From Raillietiella orientalis (lineage: Eukaryota): a DNA stretch of 45,423 nt. This document shows, in pieces, positions 32,124 through 42,720 of the stretch. The notes under the pieces are model-generated. The model ran no database searches. It was given only the letters and a program-made list of their open reading frames with translations, and was not told where the DNA came from. Within the stretch, counting starts at the first letter, position 1; each line of letters starts with the position of its first letter. The DNA is taken from assembly GCA_036172245.1 (NCBI GenBank), contig JAYWIR010000060.1, positions 620,001 to 665,423 on the forward strand. The letters run 5' to 3'. A program made the position numbers and the translations under genes.

Positions 32124-35100
32124 TCAAAGGTGTGTAAACCGGCGATGTATGCCGGTGATGTCCTGATTCACCTTGTCACGAAGATGAGACCACCTTGAAG
32201 CCTTCTCCATGAATTGAGCTCCAAGCAGGTGAGCCTCCCTTCGCTGCGATGACAACTCCAGGGCGTAGCGGGCCTTCACGATGGCGCGAACGCAACACAT
32301 GGTTGCATCAATCGCGCTAACCGAAAGTCCATTTCTGCTGAAGAAGCGCCGCAGCACATCAATGGCAGTGCCTCCTTGTGGCATGATGGCCGAAGTGAGT
32401 CTTCGCCACAGTTCCCGGAGGTCACCGCAGTCCAGCAAAAGGTGCGGAAAAGACTCGATCTATCCGCACCTTAAACAGTTTGGCAAGGCAGCTCCCCCGG
32501 AAACGATGCTTCGCTGCCTATTACAGTGTAATGCACAATGTAAAAACAGCAGCACATCTTGTTTCCACTTTAGGGGGAACACGGAGCTGTCCAAACAAAC
32601 GGGGGGAACCACTATCTCTACGGGGGGCACACTGAAATGTTCGCGCCACCGAAGCAGACCCTTCGCCCAATTCCGAGGAGTGGCGACTTGCACCAGATCC
32701 TTTGTCGTCCAGCTGCCGAGGAGCTTACTGACTCCCGCTATTTTGCAGGAGAACTTCCATTCCGCCGGTAGGCAACCGTCGTTGCTTGCCCTGAAAGCAG
32801 ACAGCGCTGCGGCGAGTGGTGTGGCGGCCAGACGATCCGACAACTTCTTGTCCTGCATGACTTCGTCCATTTGATGACTGAGGAGAAGTCGCAGGCGTCG
32901 AAGATGTTCCAAGCGCGTTCCTTCGGAATCTGCCCACGATGAAAAAGATTCCTGCCGTCATGCATCTATGTTCATGGGGCGGCAGGAGATCCAGCTTTGG
33001 GCTTCCAGCAGTGAGGACAGCTGCCTCAGCGGGAAGCCAAACCCTATTCTGGTGTGCCGAAAGTGGGGTAGCAACGAAAGCAGTCCCTCGCTTCCCGTGC
33101 AGCGCCTCAGTATAAGGCGTGCGGGTAAGCGCCACGGCGTACACCACAGCTTGGCACAGAGCCGCAGCATGCGGAACTGCACCTGCAGTTCGATGCTGTT
33201 TAAGTCGAGGATGCCCAAGCCTGCATCCTGGCGCCGCGCCACCAAGTCTTTAAGTCTAACACGGGATCTTGCAGCGCCCCACAACGCTTTGCGTAGAAGG
33301 CGCTGCGCCCAGACTTTGACTTCCTGGGGAGGTGGACAAACAAAAAACAGGGGGCGGAGGAGGGGGACAACGAAGGTGTTCCAGATGCTGGCCCGTTCCG
33401 GCAAGACGAACTCGCCTCCTGAAAACGGGACAAGTGCACGTTCTGCCTTCCGAAGGCAGTCCGACCACGCTTCTATGATGCAGATGTCGCCCAACGGCAC
33501 GCCAAGGTACCTGAGGTACCTGCCCGTGGGGATCCCCAGGTCGATCCAGTCGGACTGCCCCTCCCACGTCGCACCCACCGGAACGACCATACACTTACTC
33601 CTGTTAACGCTCACGCCGGCACCGCGACGAATCAACCCAAAGAAGCCTTCAGGCGATGTCGCCGGGGTGGACATGGGCAACAGGAGAAGCAGGTCGTCGG
33701 CATAGGCTGCCACGGCCGGCGTACCTGGACAGGAGCTCGGCAGGTTGGCTAGCGTCAGCCTGTAAGCCTCCAGCAGCAATTCAAAATAGATGCTAAAGAG
33801 CAGTGGGCTTAAGCAGTCACCCTGCCTAATTCCACGTCGTACCGGCACGCCGTACACGCGACAGCCACTGAAAACAATGGATGTAATCGCGTGGCGCCAG
33901 CAGGAGCGCAAGTAGGACTGGAGCACGGCCGGGAAACCCATGCGTTCCAGGAGCTCCAAAAGGAGTTCCTGGTCGACGCAGTCGAATGCTTTGTGCAAGT
34001 CGACCGCGACTGAAAAGGCTCCCGCCGAGTCCCCCCCACCCTCTCTTCGATATTGCTGGTCAGAGGTGAGCGCAAGACTCCCTTGACCTTCCTGGGCAAC
34101 GCGTTGTCGCAACTGCCACCATGTGCTGGCGAGGAGCAGGTTGGACTCCATGCTTCGTCCGGGAACAGCATAAGTCTGCTCCAAACTGATCACGGAAGCG
34201 GCCACCCGCCCCAAGCGCTCAACCCACAACTTGGCATACAACTTCGCGTCCGCATTCACTACTGTGATGGGACGCCAGTTGCCAATGTTGCGTAAGTCTC
34301 CTGACTTCGGCAGGATACGTACTTTTGCTGACCGAAACAACGCGGGAACTTCGCCGTGTTCGCGGATCAGCGTACTTAACCTGAGCACCAGGGGGGTCAG
34401 CTCTGGTGCGAAGTGTTTGTAGAACTCCTCGGGCAGGCCGTCCTCCCCTGGTGCCTTCCTTTTCTTAAGCCTGCTGATGGCGGAGACGACCTCCACCATC
34501 GTGAACGGTTCGGCGAACCTGAAAGGATCCTCCTCCTTGAGCGCGGGGAGGCCATCCGGCAGCAGGCGCTGCGCGAAATGGCGCTCCGGTGTTAACGGCG
34601 CGTACAAGGAGGAATAAAACTTCCGCACGATGCCGCTCACCTGAGCTGGGCTGGAGCGTTCTTGGCCCTGATGGTCCAGCAAGCAGGCCGAGCCTGACTT
34701 CCAGGCCTGCCTCTCCGCCTCAGCTTTGAATTCCGCCAAGCGTCGGACGTCGGGACGCCTGGAATACCGGCGGGCCTGTAGGTAGGCCCGCTCGTTCTTG
34801 ACCTTATCGCCGAAGCCCGGCGGAAGACGTTCCAGGGGAAACTGGTCGCAAAACTCGCGGACTGAGCACTTCATTTCGTCCCAGTCCGCGAGCGTCTCAA
34901 GATGGAATCCTCGCAGGAAACAGCGTAGATGTTCCGCCGCTCCTGCGAGGCGCAACCAGTCCCCTGGCAGGCGCCACGTTTTCAAGGGAGGGCCCTTATT
35001 CCGCGGATGGAACTCGAGCACGAGCCGTCGATGGTCGGACAGCTCTGCCGGGAGCGTTCCTCGAGATCCCACCCGCGTGCACAGGTGGTTGTCGAGGAAC

Positions 35101-35699
35101 ATGTGATCGATGTTCCGATCTCTCCCGGCATCACCGGCCAACAAGTTGCGCGCATTCATTGCTGCGCACAACTCGTTGACCAGCTGTGCTCGTCTGTTGG
35201 GTGCACCTGCTAGCAGGCGGAGATTGAAATCGCCCGCGATGAGGTGCGTCCGCCGTACGCTTGCTTCAGCCAGCCAGTCTCGCCGCAGGGATTCGAGGAA
35301 CGCAGTGCGTTCCTCGGCCCCGTGATTGCTCACTGGCGCGTATATGTTCGTCACAACGAGGTCGATCGATTCGGAACACTTGAGAACAAGCTGTCCAACT
35401 CGACCGTCCCAGTCGAAGCGAACGCTACGGAGAGAGTTTTCGACTGCCGGCTTCAGCAGAAAGGCCACTCCGCACGAGTAGCCTGTTCCGTTCCTCCACA
35501 GCAGCCGCCCTCCTGTGATTCTTTCGAAATCCTGGCCTGCTTCTGTTGTGAGCACGTGAGTCTCTTGCAGTAGGGCCAGGTCGAAGTTTCGCAGAATGGC
35601 GGCTACGTCTCGCCTCTTCCCGTCGCTGCTCAACCCGTTGACGTTCCAACAGGTTATTCGCAAGCGGCTAGAGGAGGCGAGTCCACGCAATGGTGTTGT
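32124..35699 (-). pseudogene. C2 ORF2: APE, RT and zinc finger, stops at 32958-32960 and 32460-32462
   Basis: ORFs 32958..35690, 32460..32912 and 32124..32438 are in frame; CWNVNG, LQETH, GDFN, SDH, AYADD. Confidence 0.9.
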
Positions 35700-36349
35700 T
35701 ATGGTGGGGTGGAAGAAACCGCCTCCTGTTCAGAAGACGGGTGGTCCGGGTCCATGTCGTTGGAGTGTTCAGGAGCATCGCTCACTCCGTCGGCCGTGAA
35801 CTGTGTTTACAGTTGGTAAAGGATGCTCTCAGGCACGGAGTCGCATTGTGCAACGCACATGGACTCTTCCTCGCTGTCAGATGCCATTTCAACCTCTTCC
35901 TGAGAGGTGACAGCACGCCTACGAGCACCTGTTGCATTTTTATGTTTTCTTTTCGGCAAGCCAACGGAGGGCGAGTTCCCGCTTTCGGCGTCAGACTCGG
36001 AGGTTTCCGGGTCTTTTGCCGTAGCCGGGCGTCGAACGGCCTTCTTCTCGGCCTTGACGGGCTGCCTCAGGAAGGCAGCCAACTCTTCCGCGGCTTGCGC
36101 GAAGTTTGCATCAGAGATGCGTTCCACGTCATCACGGATTTCGCCGCCTGTTGGCGAGTCGGGTGACGTAACAACCGATTCGATAGCGGCAACTGGCGCG
36201 CTATCGTTCGGAACCGCAGCGGCTGAGCTTTCGCTCGCCGCTACAACGCTCCCAGTGGACTGGACTGGAACAACCATTTCGATCGCGGCAACGTGTGCCG
36301 CGCTATCGATCGCGACCGTAGCGATTTCGCCGCACGAAGCCGGAAACGC
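35699..36349 (-). pseudogene. C2 ORF1 C-terminal part
   Basis: FAQAAEELAA..KKAVRRP motif shared with the other ORF1s. Internal TAA at 35807-35809; probable true stop at 35699-35701. Confidence 0.75.
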
Positions 36350-39291
36350 TTTTTCACCCGGATATGCCGGCGCATTTATTCAAAAGAATAAAATTACAAT
36401 GGATTGTCGCGTGTTGAACCCAAGGGTCCATCACTACAAAACAGCTTGGTATTTACCGGCGCGATGCCGGAGAGGTCCATCCGATGCGCGGGGGTTGGGA
36501 AAGAAAAAAAAAAACAAACAAACAAATAGTTGAAGTATGGGAGGGAAGAAATGTTTCGGGAATGGGAGGGCAGGGAGGGGATCACCGTGCGCGCGGATAG
36601 GTCCTCTAGATCCTATTCAGGATCCGTACAAGCTGAGTCCTCTCTGCGCCCAAGTGGCGCCACTTGCAGACGTCTCGGACGAATAGGCGAGTGAACCGTA
36701 AGGCGTTCTCGGTTGGCTGACGTCTTCTTCTGGTGGCGTTCCAAGCCGCCACGATCCCTCGAATGCAGCAGAGGACTGCTACAGAAGAGGGGGAGGACAA
36801 GCCGTCACTACGGAAGAGGAGCCTAAAAACGTCCTTAGGGCCGCATCCGTGCAAGTCCAGGATCGCCGGGAGACGATCCCATAAAGGGCGGATGGCACTG
36901 CACTCGATGAGAAGGTGGAAGAAGGTCTCTTTTTCCCCGCACCGGTCACAATAAGGATCCACGGCCCCCCGGGTTGTGTGATGAAGGCGTGCTTTGAATG
37001 GAAGTCCCCAGAGGACCACAAGCAACTCCACATCCTGCCATTTCAGGGGGAGGGATCCACTGTTCCAGGACGCCGGGGGCCACTTCATCTCCTCCGGAGA
37101 TGATACGAGTAGCTCGCCCCAGCGTCGAATTACGTTGGGCGGGACTCTCGGCGTCGCAGCGTCCGCTAGCTGCCGAGATGTCCACGCCATAATCGTTTGT
37201 GTCCTGCCTCCAATGGTGCAGGACACGTACCATTTCCCAAGCTCCCTACTGTCCCTGGCGTCGATGAGGAAGAACAGCACTGGGGCAAGGGGGGTTATCA
37301 AAGCCCACATGCGCTATTCGTGGGACTGCACGATCTCCTGCAGTTTCCAGCGGGCGTGCCTTTGCAGGCAAGTGTTTCTTGTGCCCGCCGAAACGTGGAT
37401 CTTTACCCAGGTGGACACTGACTCGTGCAGCCATGCAGAGTAGTTCCCTGGGCGGCAGGAGATCTAGGCGTTCTCCCGTACCGCAACTTCCATGCGACGC
37501 AGGAATAAGCAGCCGTGTGCTTCTCTGCGGTCGCGTGCCAGCAGAAACGACAAAAGTCCGTCGCATCCGTAGGCTCGTTGGGCCAGGAGGCGTGCTGGAA
37601 CGCACCAAGGCGTGTCCCACAATTCCGCTGCAAGAGCGAGAGTCCTGAACCTAAGTTGTAGTTCAATGCGCTCCAGCGTAAGAACGCCTAGTCCTCCGTC
37701 CTTACGTGGAGCGCACAAGTCTTTGAGCCTCACACGGGACCTCCCTTTGCCCCAAAGGACTGTCCTCAGGAGGCCCGCTGCTCGTTTTCGGATAAAATAA
37801 GGGGCGAGGCAAACAAAAAGTAGGGGGCGAAGGAGGAAAGCCGCAAACGCGTTCCACACCGCGGCCCGTTCCTGCAAGTAGAACTTGCCTTCTTGGAACG
37901 GACCGATCGCCAACGCTGCCTTTTGGAGACGGTCGGACAGGGCTTCTGCTGCGCAGAAGTCCCCCAACGGTACGCCGAGGTACTTGAAGCACCTGGCCGT
38001 GAAGATCCCCAAGCGGATCCAGTCCGACCGTCCAGCCCACGCCGAACCGACGAAGACCATGGACGACTTCGCCCTATTCACCTCCAGACCCGTCCCGCAA
38101 CGCAGCAACTCGATGAAGTCCTCGAGTGCACTCGCCGGGGTGGACCCGGGAAGCAGCAGCAGAAGATCGTCTGCATAGGCCGACACGGCAGGCGTGCCGG
38201 CACACGAGCTCGGCAGGGCTGCCAGAGTTACCCTGGATGCCCTCAGCACCAGCTCAAAGTAGATGCTGAAGAGCAAGGGGCTTAGGCTGTCACCCTGCCG
38301 GATGCCGCGGCGTACGGGCACGCCGTACACGTGCCGGCCGCTGAAACCGATATTGATTGACGCGTTGCGCCAGCAGGAGCGCAGGTAAGATTGAAGCACG
38401 GCAGGGAAACCCATGCGTTCCAGGAGCTCCAGAAGGAGATCCTGGTCGACGCAGTCGAATGCTTTGTACAAATCGACCGCGACGGCAAAGGCTCCCGCCG
38501 AGTCCATCCCACCCTCTGCCCGATCTTCTTGGTCAGAGGGGGGCGCGAGGCTCCCTTGACCGTCCTGTGCAACGCGTTGTCGCAACTGCCACCATGAGCT
38601 GGCGAGGAGCAGGTTGGCCTCCATGGTTCGTCCGGGAACAGCATAGGTCTGCTCGGGACTCACCACGGAAGCGGCCACCCGCCCCAAACGCTCAGCCCAC
38701 AACTTGGCATACAACTTTGCGTCCGCATTCACTACTGTGATGGGACGCCAGTTGCCAATGTTGCGTAAGTCTCCTGACTTCGGCAGGAGACGTACTTTTG
38801 CTGACCGGAACGAGGCGGGAACTTCGCCGTGTTCGCGGATCAGCGTACTTAACCTGAGCACCAGGGGGGCCAGCTCTGGCGCGAAGTGTTTGTAAAACTC
38901 CGCGGGCAGGCCGTCCTCCCCTGGTGCCTTCCTTCTCTTGAGCCTGTTGATGGCGGAGAAGATCTCCGCCATCGTGAACGGTTCCGCCAATCTGGAACGG
39001 TCCTCCTCCTTGAGCGCGGGAGCGCCATCCGGCAGCAGGCGCTGCGCGAAATGGCGCTCAGGAGTGAGTGGCGCGTACAAGGAGGAATAAAAGTCCCGCA
39101 CGATGCGGCTTACCTGGGCTGGGCTGGAGCGTTCTTGGCCCTGATGATCCAGCAGGCAGGCCGAGCCTGACTGCCAGGCCTGCCTCTCCGCCTCAGCCTT
39201 GAATTCAGCCAGGCGACGGTCGTCGGGACGCCGGGAATAACGGCGCGCCTGGAGGTACGCCCGCTCGTTCCTGACACCCTCACCGAAGCCC
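36350..39291 (-). mobile_element. Family D-like element, copy D2: linker, RT, zinc finger and 3' UTR; host of A3/A4
   Basis: ORF 37464..39101 with SAYADD; CDRCGEKETFFHLLIEC; ends aataaatgcgccggcatatccgggtgaaaaa; broken at GFGE. Confidence 0.9.
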
Positions 39292-40839
39292 TTTCCTGGA
39301 AGGCAAGTTTCACTTGCCGGAACGGGCCGCGGTTTGGAACGCCTTCGCGGCCCCCGTACTCCGCCCCTTGCTTTTTGTTTGCCCCGCCCCCGTGGAATCG
39401 AAAAAGCGGACGAAGGACCTCCTCCGCATAGCTCTTTGGGGCAAGGGGAGGCCCCGAGTCCCTTTGAAGGACTTGTGCGCTCCGCGTCGGGACGGCGGTC
39501 TCAGCATCCTGACGCTGGAGCGCGTGGAAATCCAGCTGCGATGGCGGACCCTCGCCATCGCAGCAAAGATGTGGAGCACCGCTTGGTGCATTCCGGCCCG
39601 TCTCCTGGCCAGGCGTGTGTCCCGCTGCGAAGGACACGCATCGTTTCTCTTGTGCCCTGGCCGGAAGATTCGAAGATGCGGTCTACTGCTCGGCCGCATG
39701 GCAACCCTGGCAAAGGAGAACGACTGGATGGTTTGTGTCCCTGCCAACTCCTCCGCTTGGCTGAAAGAGACTGCTGGCACCTGGGCCAAGCTGAACCAGA
39801 GGTGCGAAGACCAGATGAACTGCCTGCGAGTCGGCTTTTACGCCCGCCGAACTCTCCGTGGAATACTTGAATTTCCACCGAGTTGCACGTGGGCGGAAGG
39901 CACACCCCTTGTTACGGCGATGCCCTTCCTCCAAAGGGCGCTTCACGAAAGCCGGAAGCCAAGGTGGCAAGTCTGCTGCCGTATCGCAGGCAGAGAGAAG
40001 ACGATGAGCGGCTGGACCATGGGAGAGTTGACAGATGCAACGACCCCTAGTATCCAGCCGCGTGGATTAAGAAGATGGGGCGAGCTGCTCGGCATTCGAT
40101 TGGATGACCTGAAGTGGCCCCCGGTTCTACTTGGATCCAGGATTCTTTCCCTGAAGTGGCAAGAATCGGCGCTTCTGTGGCTGCATTGGGGTCTACCCTG
40201 CAACGCGCGCCGCTTCCACTGGACGCGGGGAAGAGTAAATTCTGCGTGTGCCAGGTGTGGGGAGCGGGAGTCGCTCCCCCACCTCTTAGTTGAATGCCCT
40301 GCCGTCCGGATTCTTTGGAAACGTCTTCAAACGGCACTTGGGATACCGGATGCTGTCAACGGTGGATGTATCTTCAGTCTTTTCTTCGTGCGGGACGCCC
40401 TCAGTCCAGCTGCAGCCCTGGCAGCACTTTGCTTCATTCGTGGTATAGTGGCGGCCTGGAGTGATGCCGAAGATGAAGACTGCATCGTGAGGAATGTCAT
40501 CGAGTATGCTTCTCGCTTCCTGCAGAGAGCTACCCGATGGACCCATCTAGGAAGGATGAAAAAGGAACTAGAAGGCATCCTGCAAAGAATGGGCCCTCCC
40601 AGCAGTTTTCTGTGATCCCTTCCCGGCCCTCCAAACTTTTTTTTGTGGTTTGTTTTTCTCTTTTATTTTATTTTTGTGTTCTCCCCCATCCCCCTCCACT
40701 GCCCAGGAGAGCCACACCGAGCTGCGTCCCGGTGTCCCGGCAGTTCCGGTATTGCGTGGCCGTCAGTGGGGCCTTGTACCACGTTCTGTATTGACCGTTG
40801 AAATGTTTTTAATAAACGTCCCGGCGTATCCGGGTGGCA
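39292..40839 (+). mobile_element. Family A element, copy A3, 5'-truncated (open 433-aa ORF2 C-terminus and 3' UTR)
   Basis: ORF 39314..40615 with CARCGERESLPHLLVEC; TSD tcaccgaagccc(tt) at 39280 and 40840. Confidence 0.92.
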
Positions 40840-40968
40840 TCACCGAAGCCCTTCGCCGAAAGCCGGTGTGGGTGGACGTGTTTTTTGGTCGCTACGCCAG
40901 CGCTTGTCTGGGAAGCACCCGGAGTTTTTTAGTGTAGTCAGGTGTAAAGTGTGGGTCGTCGGTGTCCG

Positions 40969-42720
40969 ATGGCAGTTGTGCCAGAGGACACCGCGATGGA
41001 TGTAGTTGTGGAAGAGGCAAGTCCTCCCACAAGACCTACAGCTATGGGGGCAATAGTCCCTGGAACGTCTTCGCAGCCGGCGAAGACTTGGAGTGAAATG
41101 GTCGCCGCCCCCAGTGCGGAGGCCATAGCCGAGGAAGCCGCCTATCGGGCCTCTGAATACAAGCCATCGCTTGTATACAAGGTAGGCCCTTTGTTTGAAG
41201 GAAACACGGCGCGCTCTTTCAGCAGAGCGCTTCAAAATTCTAATGTCCGTGAAGAAGATCTGGAAGGTCTGTGCGTGCTCAGCGGGGCGCAGCGGGTTGA
41301 GCTGGTGTGCAAGAGCATCAGCCTAGCCGATCGCCTTATAAATACCCCGTTGATCATGGACGGTCGAAAGATCTTCCCGGTGTCGATGGACCACTCGGTT
41401 GTGGTCCACTTGACAGGAATATCCAAGCGCATGACGCGCACTGCAGTGAAGGACGAATTAAGCAAGTACGGGGACGTACACGCGCTGTGGCCGAAGCCCA
41501 CAATCTTTGAGGTCTACGGACGCCACTTCGGGGGCCTCGCCGCGGCACGTGTAACCCCAAAAGACGAAGCGAAGCTACCCCACAAACTTGAGGTCGCGGG
41601 AGAACCGGTAGACCTCTGGTATGCGGGCAAGCCACGGTATTGCGGCAACTGCGATGCGGTCGGACACATCCGAAAGAGGTGCCCAAACATCGTATGCTAC
41701 TTGTGCGGGGAGAAGGGACACGTCCTTCGCGTGTGCCCTAAACGCCCCACCCCGATTCCCTCGGCCGCCAAAAAGGCGCAAGGGAAACGCGCGGGGAAAG
41801 AAAAATTGCAGAACCGTGAAACTGGCCGAGAAAAGCTGCCAATAACCCAAGCTCCCAGCGCGGCATCGGAGAAAAATCTTCCCGAGACCGCAGAGGGAGA
41901 ACAGGGCTGGCAGCTAGTCAAAGCCAAAAAAGAGAAAAAGGACAAGCATGTCCCGAAGAAAGGAGAGAAGGCGGCGGCCGGAACAAAAGCTAAATCCGTG
42001 TCGCGCGTAAAAACTCTCCGAGAATGCACGGTTACGCTGGAGCGCATTGACGTTCCCGCCGACACCACCGCAGGCGATACGGCTTCGATGGATTTTCCCG
42101 CCGCGGCGAATGCGCGCGAAAACCCACCCCCTGCTTGCGACGAGGGTCAGCCGGACGACAAAATCGCCGAAACGGAGGACGCAGCCTTCGAGAAGGCCGC
42201 GGAGGAGCTCGCGGCAACGCTTGCCGAACGCGAGAACCCTTCGCGAAAGGGGTTGCGTTGGCCGGCAGCGGCTAAAATGGCCTCCGCAGGTGAGTCGGAC
42301 CGGGAGGCCGGAAGTGCATCCTCCTCTGCGGAAGCACCACCAAGGAAAGCGGGGCGAAAATCCCAGAAACCCCGAAGGTGCATTCCGCCTCCGCGCGAGG
42401 GGGATCCAATGGAGGAGGAACCAGTGGATGACAGCGTGGGAGCCCAAGTCGGGCATTACCCACGTGCGGAAGCCGACGAGAAGGCGACTCCAATGGTGGA
42501 GGGTAACCAGTGGTCAGCAATGCCCTCTGAAACCGCCGAACCTGAACCACCCGCACCAATGGATGTGGGCCAACAGGTACGAACAACATCCCCTTCGCAC
42601 GGGCAGCCGGAGACGTCGGCACGTAAGAAGGATGGGGAGTTGGTGGGCGAGACGCCAACCCCGTCCAGCGACCCGCCCCAAAAGGTGGCGGGAGCACCAC
42701 CGCCAGGTTCCCAGGAATAA
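40969..42720 (+). CDS. A4 ORF1: gag-like protein with two intact CCHC knuckles, 583 aa
   Basis: CGNCDAVGHIRKRC and CYLCGEKGHVLRVC. Confidence 0.92.
   Translation: MAVVPEDTAMDVVVEEASPPTRPTAMGAIVPGTSSQPAKTWSEMVAAPSAEAIAEEAAYRASEYKPSLVYKVGPLFEGNTARSFSRALQNSNVREEDLEGLCVLSGAQRVELVCKSISLADRLINTPLIMDGRKIFPVSMDHSVVVHLTGISKRMTRTAVKDELSKYGDVHALWPKPTIFEVYGRHFGGLAAARVTPKDEAKLPHKLEVAGEPVDLWYAGKPRYCGNCDAVGHIRKRCPNIVCYLCGEKGHVLRVCPKRPTPIPSAAKKAQGKRAGKEKLQNRETGREKLPITQAPSAASEKNLPETAEGEQGWQLVKAKKEKKDKHVPKKGEKAAAGTKAKSVSRVKTLRECTVTLERIDVPADTTAGDTASMDFPAAANARENPPPACDEGQPDDKIAETEDAAFEKAAEELAATLAERENPSRKGLRWPAAAKMASAGESDREAGSASSSAEAPPRKAGRKSQKPRRCIPPPREGDPMEEEPVDDSVGAQVGHYPRAEADEKATPMVEGNQWSAMPSETAEPEPPAPMDVGQQVRTTSPSHGQPETSARKKDGELVGETPTPSSDPPQKVAGAPPPGSQE

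Larger units (their letters stand above)
31771..36349 (-). mobile_element. Family C element, copy C2: ORF1 C-terminus, complete ORF2 and 3' UTR
   Basis: The 3' 2.1 kb is near-identical to C1; ends ...aataaacgccccggcgtcaccgggtgagaa; abuts the 3' end of D2 within ORF1. Confidence 0.92.
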
